NCBI RefSeq assembly: GCF_001457595.1
Contig: NZ_LN831039.1
Span: 6,600,001-6,632,000, forward strand
DNA: 32,000 nucleotides
Direction: 5' to 3'
Source: Mycolicibacterium smegmatis
Lineage (GTDB): Bacteria > Actinomycetota > Actinomycetes > Mycobacteriales > Mycobacteriaceae
In this document: positions 15,124 to 24,761 of the stretch, piece after piece
Numbering within the stretch: the first letter of the stretch is position 1
How the letters are laid out: the number at the start of each line of letters is the position of its first letter
Position numbers and translations under genes: made by a program
The notes under the pieces: model-generated
Database searches by the model: none
What the model saw: only the letters and a program-made list of their open reading frames with translations
What the model was told of the DNA's origin: nothing

Positions 15124-17319
15124 ATGGCGGACAGAACACATTCTCCGGCCGGCAACGGGTCCGTGCCCACGGCGGAGCGTCCGGCCGCGATCCGGAACGT
15201 GGCACTTGTCGGGCCGTCGGGTGGCGGCAAGACCACATTGGTCGAGGCCCTGCTGGTGGCCGGGGGCGTGCTCACGCGGCCCGGTTCGGTGGCAGACGGT
15301 TCGACGGTGTGCGATTTCGACGAGGCCGAGATAGCCCAGCAGCGCTCGGTGAGCCTGGCGCTGGCGTCGTTGTCGCACAACGGGATCAAGGTGAACCTGA
15401 TCGACACACCCGGCTACGCAGATTTTGTCGGCGAGTTGCGCGCGGGTCTGCGCGCCGCCGACTGCGCGCTGTTCGTCATCGCGGCCAACGAGACCATCGA
15501 CGAGCCCACCAAGACCCTGTGGCAGGAGTGCGACGAGGTCCAGATGCCGCGGGCCGTGGTGATCACCAAACTCGACCACCCGCGCGCCAACTACGACGCG
15601 GCCCTCACCGCGGCCCAGGACGCGTTCGGCGACAAGGTCGCCCCGCTGTACTTCCCGGTCGGCGACGGCGAGAGTTGCAAAGGTGTGGTGGGCCTGCTCA
15701 CCCGCACGTACTACGACTACAGCGACGGCACGCACACCGCGCGGCCGCCGGACGGCTCCCACGATGCGGCCATCGCCGAACTTCGCGGCTCCCTCATCGA
15801 GGGCGTGATCGAGGAGTCCGAGGACGAGACGCTCATGGAGCGCTACCTCGGCGGCGAAGAGATCGACGAGGCCGTGCTGATCGCCGACCTGGAGAAGGCC
15901 GTGGCGCGTGCCTCGTTCTTCCCGGTGATCCCGGTGTGCAGCCAGTCGGGGGTCGGCACGCTCGAACTCCTCGACATCATCAGCCGTGGTTTCCCGGCTC
16001 CGCCGGAACATCAGCTGCCGGAGGTGTTCACGCCACAGGGCGCACCCCGCAAGCCGCTGTCGTGCGATCCGGACGGACCGCTGCTGGCCGAGGTGGTGAA
16101 GACGACGTCGGATCCCTACGTCGGCAGGGTCAGCCTGGTCCGGGTGTTCTCCGGCACCATCAGGCCCGACGCCACCGTGCACGTGTCGGGCCATTTTTCT
16201 GCCTTCACCGACACGTCGGCCTCGCCCGGGGCCGCCGCTGCCGCCGACGGCAGCACGCACAGCCACGCCGATCACGACGAGGACGAGCGCATCGGCACGC
16301 TGAGCTTCCCGCTGGGCAAACAGCAACGCCCGGCGCCCACGGTGGTGGCAGGCGACATCTGTGCGATCGGCCGGTTGAGCCGGGCCGAAACCGGTGACAC
16401 GCTCAGCGACAAAGCCGACCCGCTGGTGTTGCGGCCGTGGACCATGCCTGATCCGCTGCTGCCGATCGCGGTCGCGCCGCGCGCCAAGACCGACGAGGAC
16501 AAGCTGTCGGTCGGCCTGCAACGGCTGGCGGCCGAGGATGCCACGCTGCGCATCGAACAGAACCCGGAGACGCACCAGATTGTGCTGTGGTGCATGGGTG
16601 AGGCGCACGCCGCGGTGGTGCTCGACGCGCTGTCGCGGCGCTACGGGGTGTCGGTGGACACCGTCGAACTGCGCGTCCCGTTGCGGGAGACGTTCGCGGG
16701 CAGGGCAACCGGACACGGCAGGCACGTCAAGCAGTCCGGCGGGCACGGTCAGTACGCGGTGTGTGACATCGAGGTCGAACCGCTTCCGGAGGGGTCGGGT
16801 TTCGAGTTCGTCGACAAGGTCGTCGGGGGCGCGGTGCCCCGGCAGTTCATCCCGAGCGTCGAGAAGGGCGTGCGCGCGCAGATGGAGAAGGGTGTCACGG
16901 GAGAGTCGGGCTATCCGGTCGTCGACATCCGTGTCACGCTGTTCGACGGCAAGGCGCACAGCGTCGACTCGTCGGACTTCGCGTTCCAGATGGCGGGCGC
17001 GCTGGCGCTACGCGAGGCCGCGGCGGCGACGAAGATCAACCTGCTCGAACCGGTCGATGACGTGACCATCGTGGTGCCCGACGATCTCGTCGGGACGATC
17101 ATGGGCGATCTGTCCGGACGGCGCGGCCGCGTACTGGGCACCGACAAGCACGACGCCGACCGCACCGTGATCAAGGCCGAGATCCCCGAGGTGGAGTTGG
17201 TGCGGTACGCGATCGATCTGCGTTCGATGTCGCACGGTGCCGGCCAGTTCCGCCGGTCGTTCGCGCGTTACGAGCCGATGCCGGAGTCGGCCGCGGCCCG
17301 GTTGCGCACGAGCGCCTGA
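15124..17319 (+). CDS. fusA2: Elongation factor G-like protein (EF-G2)
   Basis: G1 motif GPSGGGKTT, then DTPGYADF and ITKLD, followed by EF-G domains II-V. AGGAGG lies 6 nt upstream of ATG 15124; the ORF-track start GTG 15094 is less likely. Confidence 0.85.
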   Translation: MADRTHSPAGNGSVPTAERPAAIRNVALVGPSGGGKTTLVEALLVAGGVLTRPGSVADGSTVCDFDEAEIAQQRSVSLALASLSHNGIKVNLIDTPGYADFVGELRAGLRAADCALFVIAANETIDEPTKTLWQECDEVQMPRAVVITKLDHPRANYDAALTAAQDAFGDKVAPLYFPVGDGESCKGVVGLLTRTYYDYSDGTHTARPPDGSHDAAIAELRGSLIEGVIEESEDETLMERYLGGEEIDEAVLIADLEKAVARASFFPVIPVCSQSGVGTLELLDIISRGFPAPPEHQLPEVFTPQGAPRKPLSCDPDGPLLAEVVKTTSDPYVGRVSLVRVFSGTIRPDATVHVSGHFSAFTDTSASPGAAAAADGSTHSHADHDEDERIGTLSFPLGKQQRPAPTVVAGDICAIGRLSRAETGDTLSDKADPLVLRPWTMPDPLLPIAVAPRAKTDEDKLSVGLQRLAAEDATLRIEQNPETHQIVLWCMGEAHAAVVLDALSRRYGVSVDTVELRVPLRETFAGRATGHGRHVKQSGGHGQYAVCDIEVEPLPEGSGFEFVDKVVGGAVPRQFIPSVEKGVRAQMEKGVTGESGYPVVDIRVTLFDGKAHSVDSSDFAFQMAGALALREAAAATKINLLEPVDDVTIVVPDDLVGTIMGDLSGRRGRVLGTDKHDADRTVIKAEIPEVELVRYAIDLRSMSHGAGQFRRSFARYEPMPESAAARLRTSA

Positions 17320-17320
17320 G

Positions 17321-17887
17321 TCAGCGGGCCGTTCCCACCGGCGCGTAGAACTCGGGGCGGCCCGCGCCTTCCTCAAGCTGGACCTCAAAGGTGTTGAGCG
17401 CCATGGCCAGAGTCAGGTACCCGCCCACGGTGAACATCAGATCCATGCGCTGGCGGTCGTCCAACCACCGGCCCAGCCGCGTCCACGTCTCGGGTGAGAG
17501 CTGCGCACCCGCCACCAACTCGTCGGTGGCATCGAGCACGGTTTGGTCGAATTCGTCTGCAGCGGAACCAGATCGGGCGGACTCCACGTCATCCACGGTG
17601 AGCCCCGCCAGCAGCCCCATCGCGGCGTGGTGGCCCCACTCGTAGACACAGCCCGCGCGGTACGCGGTCCGCAGGATCACCAGCTCCCGGATGCGCTCGG
17701 GCAGCAGTGAATCACGCTGCAGGTAGTTGTTGAACTGCAGGAAGTGGCGCGCCAGTTCGGGGTGGCGCACCAGGACGCCCAACGCGTTGCCCACGCCGTC
17801 GGCATCGCGCCGCTCGGGCGGCACCACCGACGCCAGCGCGTCGCGGGCGGCATCGTCCCAGTCCTCGGCCGGTAGCGGCGGCAGCAT
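17321..17887 (-). CDS. Carboxymuconolactone decarboxylase (AhpD-like) family protein
   Basis: 188 aa. RELVILRTAYRAGCVYEWGHHAAMG is the CMD-family core. It is convergent with fusA2 with a 1-nt gap. Confidence 0.7.
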   Translation of the reverse strand: MLPPLPAEDWDDAARDALASVVPPERRDADGVGNALGVLVRHPELARHFLQFNNYLQRDSLLPERIRELVILRTAYRAGCVYEWGHHAAMGLLAGLTVDDVESARSGSAADEFDQTVLDATDELVAGAQLSPETWTRLGRWLDDRQRMDLMFTVGGYLTLAMALNTFEVQLEEGAGRPEFYAPVGTAR

Positions 17888-17932
17888 CTCAAAAGTCCTC
17901 TCAAACGGCGCGTTACTTTACGATCGACCAGT

Positions 17933-17960
17933 AATCTACTTTACGATCGTAAAGTAGATT
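17933..17960. promoter_or_regulatory. Perfect 28-bp palindrome AATCTACTTTACGATCGTAAAGTAGATT, probable TetR operator
   Basis: Read directly from the sequence. It lies in the 100-nt divergent region between the CMD gene and the TetR gene. An extra half-site TACTTTACGATCG sits at 17914..17926. Confidence 0.6.
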
Positions 17961-17987
17961 GCGCGCGGATGAACGGGAGGACCGGCA

Positions 17988-18563
17988 GTGGACACGAGCA
18001 CCGCCAATGCCGCCGCCACCCGTGTGCGCCTTGTCGACGCGGCCGTACGGCTGATCACCCGGCACGGCTTCGCGGGCACATCCCTGCAGATGATCGCCGA
18101 TGAACTGGGCTTCACGAAGGCCGCGATCTACTACCACTTCCGCACCCGCGAGCAGCTTCTCGGCGCGGTCGTCGAGCCGTTCCTGAGCGAATTGCAGACC
18201 GTGATCGACGACGCCGAACGCCTGCGCGGCGTGCACGCCCGCGCCGATCGCATGGTGCGCGGCTATGCCGGGTTGGCCGTACGCAACCGCGCACTCGTGT
18301 CGGTGCTGGCGGGTGATCCGAGCGTGAACGAGGCATTGAAGACCCGTCCGGAGTGGGCGGCCCTGATCGATCGGCAGATGCGTCTGCTCACCGACGTCGC
18401 CCCCGGCCCGGCAGGCAGGGTCAAGGCGATGATGGTCTTCTCCGGGATGTCGGCCGCCGCCGGACCGGCGTCGGACGACATTCCCGTCGAGGAGCTGTAC
18501 GCGCATCTGGTCGACACGAGCCGCCGCGCCCTCGGCCTGCGCGCGCCGCGTGAAAAAGCCTGA
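17988..18563 (+). CDS. TetR/AcrR-family transcriptional regulator
   Basis: The N-terminal HTH RLVDAAVRLITRHGFAGTSLQMIADELGFTKAAIYYHF is canonical TetR_N. Confidence 0.9.
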   Translation: MDTSTANAAATRVRLVDAAVRLITRHGFAGTSLQMIADELGFTKAAIYYHFRTREQLLGAVVEPFLSELQTVIDDAERLRGVHARADRMVRGYAGLAVRNRALVSVLAGDPSVNEALKTRPEWAALIDRQMRLLTDVAPGPAGRVKAMMVFSGMSAAAGPASDDIPVEELYAHLVDTSRRALGLRAPREKA

Positions 18564-18590
18564 TCTGCAAGACGTTACGAAAGGAAGTAC

Positions 18591-19298
18591 ATGACGGCCA
18601 AGACGGCACTGGTCACCGGGGGCGCCTCCGGGATCGGCAAGGCGATCGCCGAGCGACTGGCCTCCGACGGTCACCAGGTCGCGATCCTGGACCTCAACCC
18701 CGGCGACGGCCCCCATGCCTACACCGCCGACGTCACCGACCGCGCCCAGGTCGACGGCGTGTTCAAGGCCGTCCGTGAAGAACTCGGGCCGGTCAGCATC
18801 CTGGTCAACGCCGCCGGCCTCAGCGATTTCACGCCGTTCACCGACATCTCGTTCGACCACTGGCAGCGCGTCGTGAACGTCAACCTGCACGGCGTCTTCC
18901 ACGTCGTGCAGGCCGCGCTGCCGGACATGGTCGCCGCCGGATGGGGCCGCATCGTCAACATCTCGTCGTCCAGCACGCATTCGGGTGTGCCCTACATGAG
19001 CTCGTACGTATCGGCGAAGTCCGCCGTGAACGGGCTCACCAAATCACTGGCGCTCGAATTCGGGCCGGCAGGCATCACGGTCAACGCGGTGCCACCGGGG
19101 TTCATCGACACGCCGATGCTGCGCGCCGCCGAGGCGCGGGGCGAACTCGGCGACATCGACGACACCATCGCCGCCACCCCCGTTCGGCGTATGGGCAGAC
19201 CCGAGGACATCGCGGCGACCTGCTCGTTTCTGATCTCCGAAGAAGCCGGCTACATCACCGGCCAGATCATCGGCGTCAACGGCGGCCGAAACACCTGA
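18591..19298 (+). CDS. Short-chain dehydrogenase/reductase (FabG-like)
   Basis: TGGASGIGKA Rossmann motif, NAAG, a catalytic YxxxK (YVSAK) and PGFIDTPM. Confidence 0.9.
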   Translation: MTAKTALVTGGASGIGKAIAERLASDGHQVAILDLNPGDGPHAYTADVTDRAQVDGVFKAVREELGPVSILVNAAGLSDFTPFTDISFDHWQRVVNVNLHGVFHVVQAALPDMVAAGWGRIVNISSSSTHSGVPYMSSYVSAKSAVNGLTKSLALEFGPAGITVNAVPPGFIDTPMLRAAEARGELGDIDDTIAATPVRRMGRPEDIAATCSFLISEEAGYITGQIIGVNGGRNT

Positions 19299-19466
19299 GG
19301 CACAACGCCGCACGCGCAACAATGAGAAGTGTGACCGGGCTCTCGCAACATAGGTGATTTGATGTTCGCCGCAGTAACGCCGATTTGTTGCGGTGACCAT
19401 CGGTCATCTGGAAAGGTTTGCTAGGCTCACGTTTTTCGCTGCGTCAATAAATCGGGGGTTGGTCAG

Positions 19467-20708
19467 GTGGCCTCATCCGCGGCGTTGCAGGATCGCCTCG
19501 GCCAGCGGTTCAAGCACTGGCGTTACGACCCGCCGTACAAGACCGCATGCGCGGGCATGGTGATTCTCGTCGTCACGGTGCTGGTGCTGACCTGGATGCA
19601 GTTCCGCGGTGATTTCGAGGACAAGGCCGAGATCACGCTGTTCGCAAGCCGATCCGGGTTGTCGATGGACCCCGGTTCGAAGGTCACGTTCAACGGTGTG
19701 CCGATCGGCCGCCTCAAGGGCGTCGACGTGGTCGAGGTCGACGACAATCCCGAGGCCAGGCTGACGCTCGACATCGATCCGAAGTACCTCGACCTGATCC
19801 CGGCGAACGCGGTCGCCGAGCTGCGCGCGACGACGGTGTTCGGCAACAAGTACGTCTCGTTCACCGCGCCCGAGCATCCGTCGGCCGAACGCCTCTCGGC
19901 GTCCACACCCATCCGGGCGCAGGGCGTGACCACGGAGTTCAACACGCTGTTCGAGACCATCACCGCGATCTCCGAGCAGGTCGACCCGATCAAGCTCAAC
20001 GAGACCCTGACCGCTGCCGCACAAGCCCTCGACGGCCTGGGCGACAAGTTCGGCCGCTCGATCGTCGACGGCAACGCGATCCTGGCCGACGTCAATCCGC
20101 GCATGCCGCAGATCCGTCGCGACATCACGGGTCTGGCGAACCTCGGCGAGGTCTACGCCGACGCGGCCCCGGATCTGTTCGACGGTCTGGACAACGCCGT
20201 GACCACCGCACGCACCCTCAACGACCAGCGCCACGATCTCGATCAGGCGCTGGTGGCGGCGGTCGGGTTCGGCAACACCGGCGGCGACATCTTCGAGCGC
20301 GGCGGCCCGTACCTGGTGCGCGGAAATCAGGACCTGCTGCCGGTCTCGGAGATGTTCGACCGCAACAGCCCCGCGCTGTACTGCACGATCAAGAACTACC
20401 ACGACGCTGCGCCCAAGTTCGCCGCGCAGACCAACAACGGCTACTCGTTCCAGCTGAACGACACGTTCGTCGGCGCGGGGAACCCGTACGTGTATCCGGA
20501 CAACCTGCCGCGCGTGAACGCCAGGGGCGGCCCCGAGGGCCGGCCCGGCTGCTGGCAGCCCATCACCCATGATCTGTGGCCCGCGCCGTATCTGGTGCTC
20601 GACACCGGCGCGTCGATCGCGCCGTACAACCACTTCGAACTGGGCCAGCCGATGTTCATCGAGTACGTGTGGGGCCGCCAGGTCGGCGAGAACACCATCA
20701 ACCCGTGA
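19467..20708 (+). CDS. MceA-like MCE-family protein, solitary
   Basis: PPYKTACAGMVILVVTVLVLTWMQFRGDF plus an MlaD domain (VTFNGVPIGRLKGVDV), a helical region and a Cys/Pro-containing C-terminus. This resembles Mce1A as I recall it. No yrbE or mceB-F genes are adjacent. Confidence 0.8.
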   Translation: MASSAALQDRLGQRFKHWRYDPPYKTACAGMVILVVTVLVLTWMQFRGDFEDKAEITLFASRSGLSMDPGSKVTFNGVPIGRLKGVDVVEVDDNPEARLTLDIDPKYLDLIPANAVAELRATTVFGNKYVSFTAPEHPSAERLSASTPIRAQGVTTEFNTLFETITAISEQVDPIKLNETLTAAAQALDGLGDKFGRSIVDGNAILADVNPRMPQIRRDITGLANLGEVYADAAPDLFDGLDNAVTTARTLNDQRHDLDQALVAAVGFGNTGGDIFERGGPYLVRGNQDLLPVSEMFDRNSPALYCTIKNYHDAAPKFAAQTNNGYSFQLNDTFVGAGNPYVYPDNLPRVNARGGPEGRPGCWQPITHDLWPAPYLVLDTGASIAPYNHFELGQPMFIEYVWGRQVGENTINP

Positions 20709-21597
20709 CGGTCTTGGCTTCCATCTCGGCTTCGAGCGTCTCCTCGTAGGCGCCCTCGTCGCGGCCCAGGGCGATGGTCGCCGCGATCATCGCGGCGATC
20801 GCCAGCGTCAGGGCGACGGGTTGCCAGCCGGCGATCGACAGGTGTTCACCCAGCACGACCGAGCCGAGCAGCACCGCGACGACGGGTTCGAGCACCAGCA
20901 TCGTCGGCACCGAGGTCTGCAGCGAGCCGGCGTGGAACGCCGACTGCTGAAGCAGGGTCGCCAGGACCCCGAGCACCACGACGAGATACAGCGCGGGTGT
21001 CGTGAACGTCGCGAGCACGTCGCCGTCGGCGACCATGTGCATCACGATCTTGGTGAGCACGGCCACGACACCGAACATCACGCCCACCGCGGCGGCCAGC
21101 AGCACCGCGCGACGCCAGTTGCTGCTGCGCGTCGCGAGCACGACGCACAGGGCGACGACGGACGTGCAGACCACCGCGACGGTGACCGTGGTCGACACCG
21201 AAACCGAATAGGTCCCCGTGCTGGTACGGGCCAGCAGCACGAACACGGTCAGCGCGCCCGTGAGCAACAGCGCCCACATCCAGTCGGCGCGACTCACCGT
21301 GCGGTGCGCCAGGCGCGCGCTCAACGGCAATGCGAACAACAGCGCCGACACCAGGACCGGTTGCACCAGCAGCAGGGAGCCGAATCCGAGCGCGAGTGCC
21401 TGGAACCCGTATCCCATGACGGCCGAGATGGTGCCTGCCCACCACAGCTTGCGCCGCAGCAGCGTCCGCAGCATCACGGTGCTCACGCCTTTCCCGGCGG
21501 GAACGTCCAGCGTCGCGCGTTGGCGCACCACGATGCCGACGGCCATGAAGATCGCTGCACACAGAGCGAGAAGCACCGCGATGCTGTTGCCGAGCAC
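20698..21597 (-). CDS. DMT-superfamily (EamA-like) membrane transporter
   Basis: 299 aa with about 10 hydrophobic helices and an acidic C-tail. GTG start. It converges on mce with an 11-nt overlap. Confidence 0.65.
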   Translation of the reverse strand: MLGNSIAVLLALCAAIFMAVGIVVRQRATLDVPAGKGVSTVMLRTLLRRKLWWAGTISAVMGYGFQALALGFGSLLLVQPVLVSALLFALPLSARLAHRTVSRADWMWALLLTGALTVFVLLARTSTGTYSVSVSTTVTVAVVCTSVVALCVVLATRSSNWRRAVLLAAAVGVMFGVVAVLTKIVMHMVADGDVLATFTTPALYLVVVLGVLATLLQQSAFHAGSLQTSVPTMLVLEPVVAVLLGSVVLGEHLSIAGWQPVALTLAIAAMIAATIALGRDEGAYEETLEAEMEAKTVTG

Positions 21598-21630
21598 GCG
21601 CCGTCAACCCCTTCTTGTCTGGCTGATCTG

Positions 21631-21981
21631 TTACTCGCCGGACGCGGAGTCGGAGGTGTCCGGCGTCGCGGTCAGGTACTCCAGGATGCCGGTGATGTCG
21701 AGCAGCCGCTCAAGATGCGGTGGCCGACGATCGATGTGCAGCTGGATGCCCGCAGGCGAGGTCTGCCGGTGGATGTTGAGCAGGCCGGACAGGCCCGCAG
21801 AATCGCAGAAGGTCAGGTCGGCGCAGTCGAGCCGCAGATCGTCGAGGGTCTGGTTGGTCGACAGGAGCTCGCTCACGTAGTCGACCAGTTTGTTGGTGGT
21901 CATGAAGTCGAGCTCACCGGCGACGGTCACCGTCGCCGATCGGCTGCCGTTCTCGGCTGCGGTGTTCAGTGAGAGGTTCAT
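21631..21981 (-). CDS. STAS-domain anti-sigma-factor antagonist (RsbV/SpoIIAA-like)
   Basis: 116 aa from ATG 21981. VAGELDFMTTNKL...LRLDCADLTFCDSAGLSGLL retains the DS(x)G phospho-serine context. Its ATG overlaps the upstream stop as ATGA. The 456-aa ORF-track version is an artefactual 5' extension. Confidence 0.8.
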   Translation of the reverse strand: MNLSLNTAAENGSRSATVTVAGELDFMTTNKLVDYVSELLSTNQTLDDLRLDCADLTFCDSAGLSGLLNIHRQTSPAGIQLHIDRRPPHLERLLDITGILEYLTATPDTSDSASGE

Positions 21982-23075
21982 CCATTGCGCCTTGCGTAGG
22001 TGGCGTGCAACATGTCGCGGGCTGCGCTGAGCATCCGCTGGGTCCTGGGGAAGTCCTGCAACTGAGCTCCGAGCAGTTCGAGGGTGGGCTGTAGCGAATC
22101 TACCGGTACACCGCGCGCGTCGAGCACCTCGGCGGTCCAGGCGATGAACCCCGTGAACAGTTCGGGGTCGTCGACGTAGAGCGCCGTGGCGAGGAAGTCG
22201 ACGATGTGCGCGACGTCGGTGCTGGTGTGTTGGCGTTGTAGTTGGGAGTAAGACGCCATGGCTGGTACCCGTTTTTCCAGCCCGGAAACCGTGTCCCGGA
22301 CCAGCTGTCCAGCGGTGGTGCTGACCATGGTGTATTCCTGGTCGGCGAGGTGGGGAAGCTCGTCGAACAGGTGGTCGCGGGGCGCGCGCCGCGTCAGGGC
22401 GAGACCGTCGGCCAGTTGCGCGGCCGCGGCCCTGGCGTCCGGTGCCCACGCGTCGGCCCCGAGCAGCCGCGCGTAGCGACCGTCGGGTCCGAATCCGGCG
22501 CCGCCCACCAGCACGGGCACCCCGGCCCCCTGGCATGCCGTGATGGCCGCGTGTGCTGTGGGCAGGCGGGTGGATATCGAGCACGACAGTGCGACCGCGT
22601 CGGGTCCGTGCTGATGCAGGTGGGCGATCAGGTGCGGCGTGGGCACCTGGGCGCCGAGGAAGTCGACGCGCCAGCCCCGCAGTCGCAGCACCTCGGCGAG
22701 CAACCGCGCCGGCAGCGCGTGCCATTCGCCGTCGGCGCAGGCCACGGCAACCCGCCCGGTGGTGGTCTGCCGTGCCACGGCCGGGTGGCGTACCAGCGCC
22801 GCGATCACGCGGTCGTTGATCGCGGTCGCGGCGTGCTCGGCGGCCACGCTCAGGCGGTTGTCGGCCCATTCCACGCCCACCCTGCGCTGCACGGCGGCGA
22901 TGACGTCGAGCAGCAGATCCTCGGCGGGCACTCCGTCCTCGAGCGCCCCGAACACCACGTCGACCGCGGCGTCCTCGTCGGCGTCGATCACCGCGTCCCA
23001 CAACCTGTCCCGCAACGACTCGACCACGGCGGGATCCGTCACGGGATCGGCCGCCGCGCCGTCACTGTGGCTCAC
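21978..23075 (-). CDS. Cobalamin (B12)-binding domain protein with C-terminal helical domain
   Basis: A B12-binding_2 helical bundle (GVEWADNRLSVAAEHAAT) is followed by a Rossmann B12 domain with an E-x-H motif (ADGEWHALPARLLAEVLRLRGWRVDFLG...VLVGGAGF). The GTG start at 23075 overlaps the PP2C stop as GTGA. Confidence 0.7.
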   Translation of the reverse strand: MSHSDGAAADPVTDPAVVESLRDRLWDAVIDADEDAAVDVVFGALEDGVPAEDLLLDVIAAVQRRVGVEWADNRLSVAAEHAATAINDRVIAALVRHPAVARQTTTGRVAVACADGEWHALPARLLAEVLRLRGWRVDFLGAQVPTPHLIAHLHQHGPDAVALSCSISTRLPTAHAAITACQGAGVPVLVGGAGFGPDGRYARLLGADAWAPDARAAAAQLADGLALTRRAPRDHLFDELPHLADQEYTMVSTTAGQLVRDTVSGLEKRVPAMASYSQLQRQHTSTDVAHIVDFLATALYVDDPELFTGFIAWTAEVLDARGVPVDSLQPTLELLGAQLQDFPRTQRMLSAARDMLHATYARRNG

Positions 23076-24715
23076 CGCCGAACCTCGCTCCGCAGAACAC
23101 TTTCCGCACGGCGCCCGCGGCGGGGTGCGGTGATCGCGACCACCGCGACGTCGTCGTGACCGCGCTGCCGGATCCACTCGGCGGTCAGCATCATGATCCG
23201 CTCCACGACCGCCTCCGCGGGCAGGCCCGCGCACTCCGAAAGCGCGGCGGCGAGCCTTTCCTCGCCGAACATCTCATTGCCCATCGGGCCGCCCCTGGCC
23301 TCGGTCACGCCGTCGGTGTAGAGCAGGCACGTCTCCCCGGGTTCCAGGATCGTCTCGCACGTCGTGGCCGTGATCTCGGGGACGGCGCCGACGAGCATGC
23401 CGCGCGTACCGGCCTCTTCGACACTGCCGTCGCGACGGACGATCAACGGCGACATGTGCCCCGCGCTGGTGAGCCGCAGCGCCACGTCGTCGTCGCGGCG
23501 GGCGGCCGACGCGAGCACGACAGTGGCGAAGCGTGTGTGTGCCGCCGACAGCAGCGCGCGGTTCAGCAGCCTCAGCACACGGCCGTGGTCGTCGGCCAAC
23601 GGCGCGAGCGCCTGCAGGGTGTTGCGGATCTTTCCGGTGAGGACCGCTGCGTCCAGACCCTTTCCGCACACGTCTCCGAGTACGACGAGGGTTTCGTCGT
23701 CGGGTGTGGTCGCGGGGTGCACATCGTAGAAGTCCCCGCCGACGGTCTGGTGGTCCTCGGCCGCGCGGTAACCACCCGCGATCTCGATTCCGTGCTGGTG
23801 CGCCAGTTTCGGCGGCAGCAACTCGTCCATCAGGGTGCGTGTGATCGCCGCCTGCTCGGCGTACAGGCGTGCGGCCGACAGGGCGGCGCCCGCGCGTGCC
23901 GCGAAGAGCCGGGCGAACACCTCTTCACCGTCGTCGAACGCGGATTTGGCGCTGTGGCGCAGCAGCACCAGCGCACCGGCGGGCACGCCGTGTCCCGGTA
24001 GCGGCGTGACGACCACCGATCCGACGGTCCCGGTGAGGTCGCGCGGGATGAGCCAGTCGGGTACCGAGTTCGGGTCGATCCACCGAGACGGCACCGGCGG
24101 GAAACCGCGCAGCGCTTCGGTGAGTCCCGCCACGGTCGCCGGGTCGGCCTCGACGCTGCGGTGCTCGACCGTCCCGGCGGTGCACACCATGTCGAGGCGC
24201 GGCCCGCTCGGCGGCGCGATGACCACGGCGCCGTCGGCGAGTCTCGGGACGGCGACCCGGACGATCGCCTCCATGCAGCGGTCGGCGTTCAGCGACGCCA
24301 TGAGCACCGCCGACACCTCGTCGAGGAAGTTCGCGCGCTCGCGTTCGCGCCTCAGTTCGCGCTCGACGGCGCGCAATTCACGGCCGGCATCGGTGACAGC
24401 GCCGGCGCGGCCCGCGGGGAACAACCACCACGCCACCTCGCCTCGGGGCAACGGCGTGGGTCGCGCTGTGCAGCCGTCGGGCCCGGTCTCGGTCTGGGCG
24501 GGTCCCGCGTCGCCGTGGCGGACGTGGGCCTCCCACAACCACGGTGCGCAATCGGACAGGTGGCGACCGGTGCGCAGGCCCGGCAGCGCATCGCGTGCGG
24601 CATCGCTCGCCGACCGGATGACGCCCTCGGCGTCCGCGACGATCACCGGATGGGGAGCAGAGGTCCAGACGTCGTCGAGTGCGCCCTCGACGTCGATCGC
24701 CGCCTCTTCCCTCAT
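23072..24715 (-). CDS. PAS-GAF-PP2C (SpoIIE/RsbU-like) serine phosphatase
   Basis: 547 aa. It has an N-terminal PAS-like region, a GAF-like middle, and C-terminal PP2C motifs GGDFYDV, LGDVCGKGLDAA and LLYTDGVTEA. Confidence 0.8.
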   Translation of the reverse strand: MREEAAIDVEGALDDVWTSAPHPVIVADAEGVIRSASDAARDALPGLRTGRHLSDCAPWLWEAHVRHGDAGPAQTETGPDGCTARPTPLPRGEVAWWLFPAGRAGAVTDAGRELRAVERELRRERERANFLDEVSAVLMASLNADRCMEAIVRVAVPRLADGAVVIAPPSGPRLDMVCTAGTVEHRSVEADPATVAGLTEALRGFPPVPSRWIDPNSVPDWLIPRDLTGTVGSVVVTPLPGHGVPAGALVLLRHSAKSAFDDGEEVFARLFAARAGAALSAARLYAEQAAITRTLMDELLPPKLAHQHGIEIAGGYRAAEDHQTVGGDFYDVHPATTPDDETLVVLGDVCGKGLDAAVLTGKIRNTLQALAPLADDHGRVLRLLNRALLSAAHTRFATVVLASAARRDDDVALRLTSAGHMSPLIVRRDGSVEEAGTRGMLVGAVPEITATTCETILEPGETCLLYTDGVTEARGGPMGNEMFGEERLAAALSECAGLPAEAVVERIMMLTAEWIRQRGHDDVAVVAITAPRRGRRAESVLRSEVRR

Positions 24716-24761
24716 CCAATCTCCTCACGCCCAGAACTCGCGCCCGCCTCGGGCACGAGGA

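Noticed and set aside
14911-16959. 682-aa minus-strand ORF, plus the 14865..16397 plus-strand ORF, overlapping the EF-G2 gene
   Set aside because: These are Arg/Gly/Pro-rich shadow ORFs, typical of the non-coding frames of a high-GC gene. The fusA2 frame carries unambiguous GTPase and EF-G motifs.
20569-21972. 467-aa plus-strand ORF and the 253-aa 20846..21607 ORF overlapping the DMT transporter and STAS genes
   Set aside because: Their His/Arg/Asp/Gln-rich composition has no domain logic. The opposite-strand frame gives a coherent 10-TM protein.
21982-23001. N-terminal 340 aa of the 456-aa ORF 21631..23001
   Set aside because: It is an Arg/Gly-rich extension overlapping the B12-binding gene in another frame. 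Only the last 116 aa, from ATG 21981, form a STAS domain, and that ATG is coupled (ATGA) to the upstream stop.
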